A DNA stretch of 64,000 nucleotides, taken from Alphaproteobacteria bacterium. GTDB lineage: Bacteria > Pseudomonadota > Alphaproteobacteria > MPNO01 > UBA830. Made by a program: the position numbers and the translations under genes. A model generated the notes under the pieces. It was not told the DNA's origin and made no database searches. It was given only the letters and a program-made list of their open reading frames with translations. Positions 27,693 to 39,578 of this stretch are shown here, piece by piece. How positions within the stretch are numbered: the first letter of the stretch is position 1; every line of letters starts with the position of its first letter. The stretch is from the NCBI GenBank assembly GCA_965243135.1, contig OZ251539.1, positions 4,480,001-4,544,000 of the forward strand, written 5' to 3'.

Positions 27693-29044
27693 TCTTCCCG
27701 CCTCCCGCGCCGCTTATGGGCAGCGTCCGCATCGATGTCAATCGGACGCGCGTCGATAAGGTGGACGAAGGACCCCATCACGTTGTCCCGGCGGAGGCCG
27801 CCGCGGCCGAGCGGCGCGCCGACTGCGTCGCGCACCCTGAACAAAGGATCCGCGCAGCCCTCCCGAATGACGCTCGCGTAGTGGAACTCATGCGCGCCGA
27901 ACGTTCCGCCTTCAGGGCCCAACGGTCCGGCAGCCGCCAGTTCCGCCTGGCGGTAACCCAGATGGAGGCTTCGTTCGGCCATGGAGGAATCGAGCGGCAA
28001 CAGGCCCGCCATGCGGTGCGCCGCGCCGTCGGCATCCGCCAAGATTTCTCCCAGCGCCATGTAGCCGCCGCATTCGCCGTAGACGATCGCGCCGCGGGTT
28101 CCGGCCCGGCGCAGGCCGTCGAGGAAAGCGCCGTTCGCCGCCAGCCGACCGGCGTGCAGTTCGGGGTAGCCGCCCGGCAGGTATACGGCGTCCGCCGCGG
28201 CGTCCGGCGGTTCGTCGGCGAGCGGCGAGAACGGGACGATTTCCGCGCCGGCGCGCCGCCATCCGTCCAGGACATGGGGATAGGAAAAGCGGAACGCGTC
28301 GTCCGACGCGACCGCGACGCGCTGTCCGAGCGGCGGCAACGGCGGCGCCGACGTTCCGCCGGGAAGAACGTCGACGGCGCGAAGCAGCGCGCGGAACGCC
28401 TCCAGGTCGAGACGGGCGGCGACCAGATCCGCGGCCGCTTCGATAAAGGTCTCGAGGGCCGGCGTTTCGCTCGCCTGCACGAGGCCCAGATGGCGGCTCG
28501 GAAGGGCGATGCCGGCGGCGCGAGGCAGGCAACCGACAACCGGCGCGTCGAGCGGCTCCATGGCCGCGCGCAACATCGCGGCATGACGGTCGCCGCCGAC
28601 GCGGTTGAAGACGACGCCGGCCACGCGAACGTCCGCGCGCCAGCTCGCGAACCCGTGAACGACCGCCGCCGCGGATTGCGCCTGCGCCGCCGCGTCGACG
28701 ACAAGCAAGACCGGAAGGCCGAGCGTCGCGGCGAGGTCGGCCGTCGACCCTCCCGGCGGACCGTCGAACAATCCCATCACGCCTTCGCCGATCACGACTC
28801 CGGCGTCCTCCGCAGCTTCGCTGAACAGCGCCGCCAGCGTTTCGGGGCGCATGGCCCAACCGTCGAGATTGAGACAGGCGCGCCCCGCGGCGGCCGCGTG
28901 AAAGGCGGGATCGATGTAATCCGGTCCCGCCTTGAAGGAGGACACGCGCGCGCCGCTTCGCCTCAGGCAGCGCAGCAAACCGAGGGTCACCGTGGTCTTG
29001 CCGCTGCCGGAGGAAGGCGCGGCGATCACGACCCCGTCCGGCAT
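27689..29044 (-). CDS. cobB: Cobyrinate a,c-diamide synthase
   Basis: SGSGKTT, GPDYIDP, EGVMGLFDG, LPSRHLGL, GGYPELH, YGECGG, HEFHY. Confidence 0.95.
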   Translation of the reverse strand: MPDGVVIAAPSSGSGKTTVTLGLLRCLRRSGARVSSFKAGPDYIDPAFHAAAAGRACLNLDGWAMRPETLAALFSEAAEDAGVVIGEGVMGLFDGPPGGSTADLAATLGLPVLLVVDAAAQAQSAAAVVHGFASWRADVRVAGVVFNRVGGDRHAAMLRAAMEPLDAPVVGCLPRAAGIALPSRHLGLVQASETPALETFIEAAADLVAARLDLEAFRALLRAVDVLPGGTSAPPLPPLGQRVAVASDDAFRFSYPHVLDGWRRAGAEIVPFSPLADEPPDAAADAVYLPGGYPELHAGRLAANGAFLDGLRRAGTRGAIVYGECGGYMALGEILADADGAAHRMAGLLPLDSSMAERSLHLGYRQAELAAAGPLGPEGGTFGAHEFHYASVIREGCADPLFRVRDAVGAPLGRGGLRRDNVMGSFVHLIDARPIDIDADAAHKRRGRREE

Positions 29045-29865
29045 CAGCGGCGCGTCGCGGCGAGCGGATCGGAGGAGAGCGCGCGGCCCTCGATGGCTCC
29101 GGCCCAGTCGAGTCCGGACCTCAGGCGCACGACTTCGCCGACGACCACGATGGCGGGCGGCTCCAGCGCCGCCGCGTCCTCGACGCAGGCGCCGAGAGTG
29201 GTCTCGACGATCTCCTCGTCCGGCCGCGTCGCCTTGGAGACGACCGCGGCCGGTTCCCGGGCCGACCGCCCCGCGGCCAGCAACCTGTCCCGGATGGCGG
29301 CGAGATGGCGAAGCGCCATGTAGAGCACCAGCACCGGCGACGAGGCCGCGACCGCGGGCCAATCGATTCCGTCCGGGACGTCGCCCGACGCTCCGTGCCC
29401 GGTAAGGAAAGTGACGATCGAGTTCGTGTCCCGATGGGTCAGCGGTATGCCTGCGCTGGCGAGTCCGCCGATCCCGGCCGATATGCCCGGAATCACGCGG
29501 AACGGAACCCCGGCGGCGACCAGCGCCAGCGCCTCTTCGGTCCCCCTGCCGAACACGAACGGATCGCCGCCCTTGAGGCGCAGCACCCGCTTGCCGGCGC
29601 GGGCCAGCGAAACCAGCCGCGCCGAGATGTCCGGCTGCCTCGGGGAAGGGCGGCCGCCCCGCTTCCCGGCATGGACGAACTCGCAGGACGGACTCGCGAG
29701 CGAGAGAACGTCTTCGCTGACCAGGGAATCGTGGACGATCACGCCCGCCTGACGGATGCCGTTGAGCGCGTGCAGGGTGAGGAGGCCGGGATCGCCCGGC
29801 CCGGCTCCGGCCAGCCAGACCCAGCCGGGATCGAGATCGGGCAGCGGGATGGTCAGCCGTTCCAT
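29044..29865 (-). CDS. cobA: Uroporphyrinogen-III C-methyltransferase
   Basis: GAGPGDPGLLT and RLKGGDPFVFGRG. Confidence 0.95.
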   Translation of the reverse strand: MERLTIPLPDLDPGWVWLAGAGPGDPGLLTLHALNGIRQAGVIVHDSLVSEDVLSLASPSCEFVHAGKRGGRPSPRQPDISARLVSLARAGKRVLRLKGGDPFVFGRGTEEALALVAAGVPFRVIPGISAGIGGLASAGIPLTHRDTNSIVTFLTGHGASGDVPDGIDWPAVAASSPVLVLYMALRHLAAIRDRLLAAGRSAREPAAVVSKATRPDEEIVETTLGACVEDAAALEPPAIVVVGEVVRLRSGLDWAGAIEGRALSSDPLAATRR

Positions 29866-29916
29866 GGGCAACGCTTAGCACATATAAGGTTCGCGCAGCA
29901 GGCAACGGATGGCGCG

Positions 29917-30987
29917 ATGTCGAGAAAACCGGCCGGCGAGCTGAGACGGGGCTGGACCACCGGCGCCTGCGCGACCGCGGCGACGAAAGCGGCCTACGCC
30001 GCCCTCCTGACCGGCGCGTTTCCCGATCCCGTCGGCATCGCCCTGCCTCGCGGACGCCGGCCCTTCTTCGCCTTGGCGGAAAGAAGCCTGGGCGAAGAAA
30101 GCGCGTCGGCCGCCGTAATCAAGGACGCGGGCGACGATCCGGACGTGACCCACGGCGCGCTGATCGCCGCCGAAGTCCGCGCCGGCGACCCCGGCTCCGG
30201 CGTCGTCTTCCGCGCGGGTCCCGGCGTGGGGACCGTCACCCGTCCGGGACTGCCGCTCGAGGTCGGCGAACCCGCGGTCAACCCGGCGCCGCGCGCCATG
30301 ATGCGCGCCGCCGTCGCGGAGGTCGCGGCGCTGCACGGCGCGCCCGGCGACGCGGAGGTGAGGCTTTCCGTGCCGGGAGGCGAAGCGCTCGCGGAGCGGA
30401 CCTGGAACCCGCGCCTCGGGATCGTCGGGGGGATTTCGATCCTCGGCACCACGGGCGTGGTCGTGCCCTATTCCTGTTCGGCCTGGATCGAGTCGATCCG
30501 GCGCGGCATCGACGTGGCGCGGGCGGCCGGCGAGCCCGTGGTCGCCGGCTGCGCCGGAGCCGTCTCCGAGGAGAGAACGCGGGAACTCCTGTCGCTGCCC
30601 GGGCACGCCATGATCGACATGGGGGATTTCGCGGGAGGCATGCTGAAATACCTTCGCGCCCGCCCGGTTCCGCTCGTCTACGTGGCCGGCGGCTTCGCCA
30701 AGATGGCCAAGCTCGCGCAGGGCGCGCTGGATCTCCATTCGTCCCGCAGCCAGGTGGATTTCGGGAGGCTTGCGGCGCTCGCGTCCGGCGCGGGCGCGAG
30801 CGCGGGGGTCTGCGAGCGGATTCGGCGCGCCGGCAGCGCCGCCGAGGCCCTCGCCCTGGCGCGCCCGCTGGGCCAGGAGGTCGCTCGGGAAGCGCGCAGG
30901 GTCGCCCGCGAGGCGGCGGAAAGCGACGGCGTAGGCGTTCTGGTCTTCGATCGCGCCGGGAACCTGGTGGGCCGCGCCGATGCCTGA
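29917..30987 (+). CDS. cbiD: Cobalt-precorrin-5B C1-methyltransferase
   Basis: LRRGWTTGACATAA, KDAGDDPDVTHG, NPRLGIVGGISILGTTG. Confidence 0.95.
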   Translation: MSRKPAGELRRGWTTGACATAATKAAYAALLTGAFPDPVGIALPRGRRPFFALAERSLGEESASAAVIKDAGDDPDVTHGALIAAEVRAGDPGSGVVFRAGPGVGTVTRPGLPLEVGEPAVNPAPRAMMRAAVAEVAALHGAPGDAEVRLSVPGGEALAERTWNPRLGIVGGISILGTTGVVVPYSCSAWIESIRRGIDVARAAGEPVVAGCAGAVSEERTRELLSLPGHAMIDMGDFAGGMLKYLRARPVPLVYVAGGFAKMAKLAQGALDLHSSRSQVDFGRLAALASGAGASAGVCERIRRAGSAAEALALARPLGQEVAREARRVAREAAESDGVGVLVFDRAGNLVGRADA

Positions 30988-31771
30988 CCGGCCGCGCGTC
31001 CTGATCCTCGGCGGCACCGCCGAGGCGCTGGAGCTGACGCGGGCGATCGCCGATCTCTATGCCGCGACCTACTCGCTTGCCGGGCGCACCCGGTCGCCGG
31101 CGCTGCCGGAAGGCGCGGCGCCGCGAAGCGGCGGTTTCGGCGGGGTCGACTCGCTGGCCGAATGGCTGCGGAGCAACGCGATCGACGCCCTGGTCGACGC
31201 CGCCCACCCGTTCGCGGCGCGGATCGCCGCGAACGCGGCGGAGGCCGCGGCGCGCGCCGGCGTGCCGCGGCTGAAACTGCTTCGCCCGGCGTGGACCGAA
31301 CGGCCGGGCGATCGGTGGCGGCATGCCGGGGATGCGGCGGCGGCCGCGGCGGCGTTGACGGGAGGGACCGCGTTTCTGTCGATAGGGCGTCAAGGGCTCA
31401 AGGCGTTCAGCGGATTGAACGGCGTCCGGTTCGTGGTTCGCACCGTCGAGCCGCTCGAGCGCTGCCCGTTTCCGAACGCGATCGCCGATCGCGGACCGTT
31501 CACCGTCGAGGGGGAGATCGAGCTGATGAAGCGATACGGCGTCGACACGCTGGTCAGCAAGAACGCGGGGGGGAACGCGACCTACGCCAAGATACTGGCG
31601 GCGCGAAAGCTGCGCCTGCCCGTCGTCATGATCGACCGTCCCGATTGTCCGCCGGGCGACGTCGTCGAAAGCGCCGCCGCCGCGGCCGGCTGGCTCCGGC
31701 GCCGCCTGAAAAAACGCTCCCCCGAAACCCGGCGGTCGACCGGCCCCCGCGCGTCCGGGCCTACGCCATGA
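30980..31771 (+). CDS. cobK: Precorrin-6A/cobalt-precorrin-6A reductase
   Basis: LILGGT.EA, SLAGRT, GGFGG, HPFA, RGPF, SKNAGG. Confidence 0.9.
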   Translation: MPDRPRVLILGGTAEALELTRAIADLYAATYSLAGRTRSPALPEGAAPRSGGFGGVDSLAEWLRSNAIDALVDAAHPFAARIAANAAEAAARAGVPRLKLLRPAWTERPGDRWRHAGDAAAAAAALTGGTAFLSIGRQGLKAFSGLNGVRFVVRTVEPLERCPFPNAIADRGPFTVEGEIELMKRYGVDTLVSKNAGGNATYAKILAARKLRLPVVMIDRPDCPPGDVVESAAAAAGWLRRRLKKRSPETRRSTGPRASGPTP

Positions 31772-32561
31772 GCCTCTCGGATATCGTCCCGTCGGCCTCG
31801 AGACGGACGGCGGCCAACGCGCCGCCCCGACCGCAACCGGCGTCGATGCTCACCGAATGCGGCGTTTCCACCACGCCCCGGCGCTCGGGATCGTAACCCC
31901 GCACCACGCGCTTCGCGTCGAAAAACGGCCCGTCGAGCCTGTCGAACGAAGCCGCGTCCCACCACAGCGTGTCGCCCTGGGCGTCGAGCGGCCGCCCCTT
32001 GTCGACGCCGGCGTGGACGAACACCATGCCCGCGTCGGCGGTGTACGCCGCGTGCTTCAGCGAACTCAGGAACTCCCGGTGGCCGGACGACCCGTCGACG
32101 GCCGCGCGCAGGCTCGACGTCCACTTGGCCAGCGCGAGAGGGCCCTCGTTGGCCGCGATCTCGCCGTCCGTGATCGCGCCGCCGTAGGCCGCGATGGTCG
32201 CCATCACTCCCTGTTTCGCCATCCAGCGCAAGACGTCGCCCGGGTTCGCCGCGAACTGGATCTCCTGCAGCTTGGTCCACATTTCTTCCTGGCTTCCGCG
32301 CAGAACGGCGTAATCGCAGGTGCAGTTGTTGGCGAACGCGAGAAAGGCGCGACGGAACCGCAAGAGTTCGTCGACCGTCTCCCGCACCGCGGCGCCCCAC
32401 CCGATGACGCTGCCGAGGTAGATCAGTTTGTCGCCCGGCTCGAGGCGCGGCCCGAGCTCGGCATGCAAGTCCGCGAGGCGCGCCGCTTCGCCGCGCACCG
32501 AACCGACCGCCCAGACCCTGCAGGGCGAGACGAACCGGGCGATGGGACAAGGCGTTTCCAT
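31761..32561 (-). CDS. Metallophosphoesterase-fold protein with degenerate metal ligands
   Basis: AVGSVRG, IYLGSVIG, LRGSQEEM, FVHAG and IDAGC align with PPP-type motifs. Confidence 0.7.
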   Translation of the reverse strand: METPCPIARFVSPCRVWAVGSVRGEAARLADLHAELGPRLEPGDKLIYLGSVIGWGAAVRETVDELLRFRRAFLAFANNCTCDYAVLRGSQEEMWTKLQEIQFAANPGDVLRWMAKQGVMATIAAYGGAITDGEIAANEGPLALAKWTSSLRAAVDGSSGHREFLSSLKHAAYTADAGMVFVHAGVDKGRPLDAQGDTLWWDAASFDRLDGPFFDAKRVVRGYDPERRGVVETPHSVSIDAGCGRGGALAAVRLEADGTISERLMA

Positions 32562-32623
32562 GACGCGAACATAATCCAAATCTCGCGAATCGACGTATCC
32601 GCAGAGCGGGCGCCCTCGGCCGC

Positions 32624-32652
32624 TTGACGCGCGCGCCGGAACGGCATAGGTT
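32624..32652 (+). promoter_or_regulatory. sigma70 promoter of the ffh operon
   Basis: TTGACG-N17-TAGGTT. Confidence 0.6.
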
Positions 32653-32761
32653 CCGCTTCGTTCACGGTCACTCGTTGCCTTCGGCGCCCGAGGGTGCCCG
32701 CCGGTCCGCGCGGATGCGCGCGCCGACGCGATAGGCGCTGGACCGACCGCAAGGAGCGCGC

Positions 32762-34141
32762 ATGTTCGATAACCTGACCGGACGCTTGGGCGACATCCTC
32801 GGCCGGCTGACCGGACGCGGCTCCCTGACGGAAGCCGACGTCGCGGCCGCGATGCGCGAAATCCGCGTGGCGCTGCTCGAAGCGGACGTCGCCCTGCCCG
32901 TGGTCAAGGACTTCGTCGACCGCGTCGGCCGGCTGGCCGTCGGCGAAGAGGTCGCGCGCTCGGTCGCGCCGGGCCAGCAGGTCGTCAAGATCGTTCACGA
33001 CGAACTGGTCGAGATGCTCGGCCCCGAAAGCGGCGATCTCGAGGTCCGCGCCGCGCCGCCCGCGGCCGTGATGTTGGTCGGCCTCCAGGGTTCCGGCAAA
33101 ACCACGACCTCCGCCAAGATCGGCATGCGCCTCCGGGATCGGCAGGGCAAGAAGGTGCTGCTCGCCTCGCTGGACGTGCGCCGCCCGGCCGCGCAGAAGC
33201 AACTCGCCGTCCTGGGCGAGCAGGCGGGGATCGACAGCCTTCCGGTCGTCCCGTTTCAGACGCCGCGCATGATCGCCGTCCGGGCCATGGATGCCGGGCG
33301 CAAGGGCGGATACGACATCGTCGTTCTCGACACTGCCGGCCGGCTGCACGTCGACGACGACCTGATGAACGAGGCGGTCCAGGTCCGGGACGCCGCCGGT
33401 CCGGCGGAAATCCTCCTGGCGGCCGACGCCATGACCGGCCAGGACGCGGTCGCCGTGGCCAAGGCGTTCAACGAAACGCTGAAGCTTACCGGCATCGTCC
33501 TGACGCGAACCGACGGCGACGCCCGGGGCGGCGCCGCGCTCTCCATGAGAGCGGCCGCCGGCGTCCCCATCCGCCTCCTCGGAACGGGCGAGAAGCTCGA
33601 CGCGCTGGAGGCGTTCCACCCCGACCGCGTCGCGTCCCGCATTCTCGGCATGGGCGACGTCGTCAGCCTCGTCGAAAGGGCTCAGGAGCAGGTCGAAGAG
33701 GAAGAGGCCGAAGCGCTCGCCCGCAAGATCGACGCTGGGAATTTCGACCTCGACGATCTCGCCAAGCAACTGCGCCAGTTGCGGAAGCTGGGCGGTCTGG
33801 ACGGGTTGATGGGCATGCTGCCCGGCGCGAGGAAGGCGCGGGCGCAGATGGAAAAAGCCAGCCTGGACGACCGGTCGATCGTCCGCCAGGAAGCGATGAT
33901 TTCCTCGATGACGCCTGCGGAACGCCGCAAGCCCGCGCTCATCAAGGCGTCGCGCAAGCGGCGCATCGCGGCGGGGTCCGGCGCTACGGTGCAGGACGTG
34001 AACCGGCTTCTCAAGAGCTACAAGGACATGACCCGCATGATGAAGACGATCAAGAAAATGGACAAGAGAGGGATGACGCCGGAAGCGCTGGCCGGCATGA
34101 CGCAGCCCGGCGCGCCGCCGTTCGACCCCCGCTTCCGCTGA
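32762..34141 (+). CDS. ffh: Signal recognition particle protein
   Basis: ALLEADV, GLQGSGKTT, DTAGR, RIAAGSG. Confidence 0.98.
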   Translation: MFDNLTGRLGDILGRLTGRGSLTEADVAAAMREIRVALLEADVALPVVKDFVDRVGRLAVGEEVARSVAPGQQVVKIVHDELVEMLGPESGDLEVRAAPPAAVMLVGLQGSGKTTTSAKIGMRLRDRQGKKVLLASLDVRRPAAQKQLAVLGEQAGIDSLPVVPFQTPRMIAVRAMDAGRKGGYDIVVLDTAGRLHVDDDLMNEAVQVRDAAGPAEILLAADAMTGQDAVAVAKAFNETLKLTGIVLTRTDGDARGGAALSMRAAAGVPIRLLGTGEKLDALEAFHPDRVASRILGMGDVVSLVERAQEQVEEEEAEALARKIDAGNFDLDDLAKQLRQLRKLGGLDGLMGMLPGARKARAQMEKASLDDRSIVRQEAMISSMTPAERRKPALIKASRKRRIAAGSGATVQDVNRLLKSYKDMTRMMKTIKKMDKRGMTPEALAGMTQPGAPPFDPRFR

Positions 34142-34163
34142 TCCGCCTGAACAGGAGAACCGC

Positions 34164-34505
34164 ATGTCGCTGAGAATGAGACTGTCCCGGAGCGGCGCGA
34201 AGAAGCGCCCCTATTACCGCATCGTCATCGCGGATTCGCGCATGCCGCGCGACGGCCGCTTCATCGAGCGCGTCGGCACGTACAATCCGATGTTGCCGCA
34301 GGACGATCCGAAACGCGTCACCTTCAAGGAAGACCGCGTCCGCCACTGGCTCGACTGCGGCGCCAAGCCTTCCGACCGGGTCGCGCGCTTTCTGGGACAG
34401 GCGGAAATAATCCCGATGCCGCAATGGCGGGAAACGCCGAAGAAAAGCGCGCCCGGAGCGAAGGCGCTCGAACGCTTGAACAAGGCGGAAGAGGCCGCCG
34501 GCTAG
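34164..34505 (+). CDS. rpsP: 30S ribosomal protein S16
   Basis: [22 protein letters not shown]. Confidence 0.98.
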   Translation: MSLRMRLSRSGAKKRPYYRIVIADSRMPRDGRFIERVGTYNPMLPQDDPKRVTFKEDRVRHWLDCGAKPSDRVARFLGQAEIIPMPQWRETPKKSAPGAKALERLNKAEEAAG

Positions 34506-34532
34506 GCGGCGAACCGAAAAGGAGATCGAGAC

Positions 34533-35060
34533 ACGAACAAGGAGTCCCGCGGCCCGTCCGGGCGGATCTGCGTCGGAGCCGTCGCCGGCCCTCACGGAGT
34601 GCGCGGCCTGGTGCGGATCAAGAGTTTCACGGAAGAACCCGCGAACGTCGCCGCCTACGGCCCGGTCGCGGACGAAACCGGACGGAAGCGCTTCGAACTC
34701 CGGATCCGCGAGACGCGCAAGAACGTGGTGATCGCGCGAATTCCCGGGATCGGAGGACGGGAAGAGGCGGCGGCGCTGAAGGGGATGCGGCTCTACGTTC
34801 CGCGGGAGGCCCTGCCGGCGCCGGAGGAGGGCGAGTTCTACCATGCGGATCTCCTGGGGCTCGCCGCCGAGCTGAGGGACGGGACCCCCGCCGGAACGGT
34901 CGAGGCGGTCCTGGAAGCGGGCGAAACGGCGGTTCTCGAAGTGGCCGCGGGCCGCGAAACGGTGCTGGTGCCGTTCACCAGCGAAGCGGTGCCGGTGGTG
35001 GATCTGGAGGCTGGGCGCCTCGTGATCGATCCGCCGGACGAAGAAGGGAGCGGAGCATGA
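34533..35060 (+). CDS. rimM: Ribosome maturation factor RimM (start uncertain, possibly ACG)
   Basis: [24 protein letters not shown]; located between rpsP and trmD. Confidence 0.9.
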   Translation, partial: TNKESRGPSGRICVGAVAGPHGVRGLVRIKSFTEEPANVAAYGPVADETGRKRFELRIRETRKNVVIARIPGIGGREEAAALKGMRLYVPREALPAPEEGEFYHADLLGLAAELRDGTPAGTVEAVLEAGETAVLEVAAGRETVLVPFTSEAVPVVDLEAGRLVIDPPDEEGSGA

Positions 35061-35770
35061 GCCGCGCCTGGACGGCCAGGGTGCTGACGCTGTTCCCGGA
35101 CATGTTTCCGGGACCGCTCGCGCTGTCGCTTGCGGGCAAGGCCCTTCGCGACGGGCTTTGGGCGCTGGAGACGGCGGACATCCGCGATTACGCGGGCGAC
35201 AGGCACGGAACGGTGGACGACGCCCCCTTCGGGGGCGGGCCCGGCATGGTGCTGCGCGCCGACGTGGTCGACGCCGCGGTCGCGGCCTGCGCGCTGCCGG
35301 GCGCGCCTCTGGTTCACCTGACCCCCCGCGGCGCGCCGCTCGGCCAGGGCCGGGTGGAAGCGCTCGCCGGCGGGCCGGGCGTCACGCTGATCTGCGGACG
35401 CTACGAGGGAATCGACCAGCGCGTGTTCGAGGCGCGCGAGATCGAGGAAATCAGCATCGGCGACTTCGTGCTTTCGGGCGGCGAGCCCGCGGCGGTCGCG
35501 CTGATCGACGCCTGCGTCCGGCTGCTGCCCGGCGTGGCGGGCGACGTCGCGTCGCTGGAAGACGAAAGCTTCAGCCGGGGGCTGCTCGAGTATCCCCATT
35601 ACACGCGGCCCGCCGATTGGCGCGGCCGAAAGGTGCCGGACGTGCTGCTCTCCGGGCACCACGGACGCATCGAAGCCTGGCGCCTGGCGCAGGCGGAAAC
35701 CGCCACGCGGCAGCGCCGGCCCGACCTGTGGGACCGGTACCTGCAGGCAAAGGAAGGAACGACGCCATGA
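35057..35770 (+). CDS. trmD: tRNA (guanine-N1)-methyltransferase
   Basis: [40 protein letters not shown]. Confidence 0.98.
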   Translation: MSRAWTARVLTLFPDMFPGPLALSLAGKALRDGLWALETADIRDYAGDRHGTVDDAPFGGGPGMVLRADVVDAAVAACALPGAPLVHLTPRGAPLGQGRVEALAGGPGVTLICGRYEGIDQRVFEAREIEEISIGDFVLSGGEPAAVALIDACVRLLPGVAGDVASLEDESFSRGLLEYPHYTRPADWRGRKVPDVLLSGHHGRIEAWRLAQAETATRQRRPDLWDRYLQAKEGTTP

Positions 35771-36249
35771 ACCTGATCGACCAGATCGAAAAAGCGGAAA
35801 TCGAGCGCCTCACGGCCGACCGCTCGGTGCCCGAATTCTCCCCTGGCGACACCGTCCGGGTGCATTTCCGCGTGGTCGAAGGAACCCGCGAACGCATTCA
35901 GGTTTACGAAGGCGTGGTGATCGCCCGGTCGAGCCGCAACCTCAACTCGTCGTTCACCGTGCGCAAGATCTCGTACGGCGAGGGGGTGGAGCGCGTCTTC
36001 CCGCTCTACAGTCCGCGCATCGAGAAGATCGAGGTCGTGCGCCGCGGCGCCGTGCGCCGCGCCAAGCTGTATTACCTCCGCGGCCGCCGCGGCAAGAAGG
36101 CGCGGATCGCCGAGAAGATCGACCGGCGGCAGGCCCGCGCCGAAACCGCGGCGGCGGAGTCTGCGGAACCGCCGGAGAACACGGACGTTCCCGCCGCGGA
36201 GAACCCGGACGTTCCCGCCGCGGAGAGCGCCGAAAGCCCGGAGCGCTGA
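35767..36249 (+). CDS. rplS: 50S ribosomal protein L19 with acidic C-terminal extension
   Basis: [29 protein letters not shown]; the tail contains a 24-bp duplication. Confidence 0.98.
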   Translation: MNLIDQIEKAEIERLTADRSVPEFSPGDTVRVHFRVVEGTRERIQVYEGVVIARSSRNLNSSFTVRKISYGEGVERVFPLYSPRIEKIEVVRRGAVRRAKLYYLRGRRGKKARIAEKIDRRQARAETAAAESAEPPENTDVPAAENPDVPAAESAESPER

Positions 36250-36274
36250 GCGCCGCCTGACCGGAGAAAATCGA

Positions 36275-37690
<1,416 letters not shown>

Positions 37691-37705
37691 AAGGAAAGCG
37701 CAACC

Positions 37706-38326
37706 ATGGAAAAATTCGCGAGTTTCAGCGGCGTCGCCGCTCCCATGCCGGACCACAACGTCGATACCGACCGCATCATTCCCGCGCGCTTTCTGAAGAC
37801 CGTGAAGCGGACCGGTCTCGGCGTCAGCCTGTTCAACGACGTCCGCTATCGCGAGGACGGCTCCGAAGTCCCGGAATTCGTGCTCAACCGTCCGGCCTAC
37901 CGCGACGCGGAGATCCTGGTCGCGGGCGACAACTTCGGATGCGGCTCGTCCCGCGAACACGCGCCGTGGGCGCTGAAGGATTTCGGGATCCGCTGCGTCA
38001 TCTCGACCTCCTTCGCAGACATCTTCTTCAACAATTCGTTCAAGAACGGGCTTCTGCTGATCGCCGTCGCGCCCGAACAGCGGGACAAGCTGCTCGCCGA
38101 CGCCGACAAGGGCGGCAACGCGCGCGTCACGATCGATCTCGAAAACCAGAAGATCGTCCGGCCCGACGGAGAGGAAATCGGCTTCGAGGTCGATCCGTTC
38201 CGCAAGTACTGCCTGCTCGAGGGCCTCGACGACATCGGCATCACGCTCCAGTCCGAAGACCGGATCTCGGCCTTCGAGGAAAAGCGCAGGCAGCGCATGC
38301 CCTGGCTCAAGGGCGCCAGAGTCTAG
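37706..38326 (+). CDS. leuD: 3-isopropylmalate dehydratase small subunit
   Basis: NVDTD.IIP and [15 protein letters not shown]. Confidence 0.98.
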   Translation: MEKFASFSGVAAPMPDHNVDTDRIIPARFLKTVKRTGLGVSLFNDVRYREDGSEVPEFVLNRPAYRDAEILVAGDNFGCGSSREHAPWALKDFGIRCVISTSFADIFFNNSFKNGLLLIAVAPEQRDKLLADADKGGNARVTIDLENQKIVRPDGEEIGFEVDPFRKYCLLEGLDDIGITLQSEDRISAFEEKRRQRMPWLKGARV

Positions 38327-38352
38327 AACGGCGCGCGACGGAGAACGGCCGG

Positions 38353-39465
38353 ATGCCCGCCAACAAGAAGCTGCTGATGCTGCCCGGCGACGGGATCGGC
38401 CCCGAAGTGATGGGCGAAGTGCGGAGGCTGATCGACTGGATGGACGCGCGCCGCCACGTCTCGTTCGACGTGACCGAGGATCTGGTGGGCGGCGCGGCCT
38501 ACGAAGCCCGCGGCGTCGCGATCGCCGACGAAACCATGGAAACGGCTCTCTCCGCCGACGCCGTCCTGTTCGGCGCAGTCGGAGGCCCCGCCTGGGACAA
38601 CGTGGCCTACGACGTCCGGCCCGAAGCGGGGCTGTTGCGGCTGCGCAAGGATCTCGACCTGTTCGCCAACCTCAGGCCGGCCATCTGCTTCGATGCGCTT
38701 GCGGAGGCTTCGAGCCTGAAGCCGGACCTGGTTTCCGGGCTCGACATCCTGATCGTCCGCGAACTGACGGGCGGGGTGTATTTCGGAGAGCCGCGCGGAA
38801 TCGAGACCCTGCCCGACGGCCAGCGCCGCGGCGTCAACACCCAAGTCTACACCACCGGCGAGATACGCCGGGTCTGCCGGGTCGCTTTCGATCTGGCGGC
38901 CAAGCGGAGCAACCGGGTGTGCTCGACCGAAAAGAGCAACGTCATGGAATCCGGACTGCTCTGGCGCGAAGAAGCGCAATGGGTGCGCGACAACGAGTTT
39001 CCCGAGGCGGAACTGGTCCACTTGCTCGCCGACAACTGCGGCATGCAGCTCGTGCGCAATCCCAAGCAGTTCGACGTGATCGTCACCGACAACCTGTTCG
39101 GCGACATGCTCTCGGACGTCGCCTCGATGCTGACGGGGTCGCTCGGCATGCTGCCTTCGGCGTCGCTCGGCCCGGCCGACAACGCCGGCCGGCGGCGCGC
39201 GCTGTACGAGCCGGTTCACGGCTCCGCCCCGGATATCGCCGGGCAGGGCAAGGCCAATCCGCTGGCGATGATCCAGTCCTACGCCATGATGCTGCGCTAT
39301 TCCTTCGACATGGGCGAAGACGCCGACCTCGTGGAGCAGGCCGTCCGAAACGCCCTCGCCGCCGGCCTGCGCACCTCCGACATCATGCAGGCCGGCATGA
39401 CGGCCGTCTCCTGCGAGCGGATGGGCGAAGCGATAACGCTCGAACTCGACAAGTTAGCAACATGA
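38353..39465 (+). CDS. leuB: 3-isopropylmalate dehydrogenase
   Basis: [29 protein letters not shown]. Confidence 0.98.
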   Translation: MPANKKLLMLPGDGIGPEVMGEVRRLIDWMDARRHVSFDVTEDLVGGAAYEARGVAIADETMETALSADAVLFGAVGGPAWDNVAYDVRPEAGLLRLRKDLDLFANLRPAICFDALAEASSLKPDLVSGLDILIVRELTGGVYFGEPRGIETLPDGQRRGVNTQVYTTGEIRRVCRVAFDLAAKRSNRVCSTEKSNVMESGLLWREEAQWVRDNEFPEAELVHLLADNCGMQLVRNPKQFDVIVTDNLFGDMLSDVASMLTGSLGMLPSASLGPADNAGRRRALYEPVHGSAPDIAGQGKANPLAMIQSYAMMLRYSFDMGEDADLVEQAVRNALAAGLRTSDIMQAGMTAVSCERMGEAITLELDKLAT

Positions 39466-39578
39466 CTATCGCGCATTTCACTCTAATGTTTTTGTTATTG
39501 TTCGTCCTATACTCGCACCCATATACCTTGTCTTTACTATGGCACTGATCCCTCCCCCTATCACGCGGTTACCCAGAC

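Noticed and set aside
29866-29916. Cobalamin riboswitch at the cob genes
   Set aside because: The divergent intergenic gap is only ~50 bp and no B12-box was recognised.
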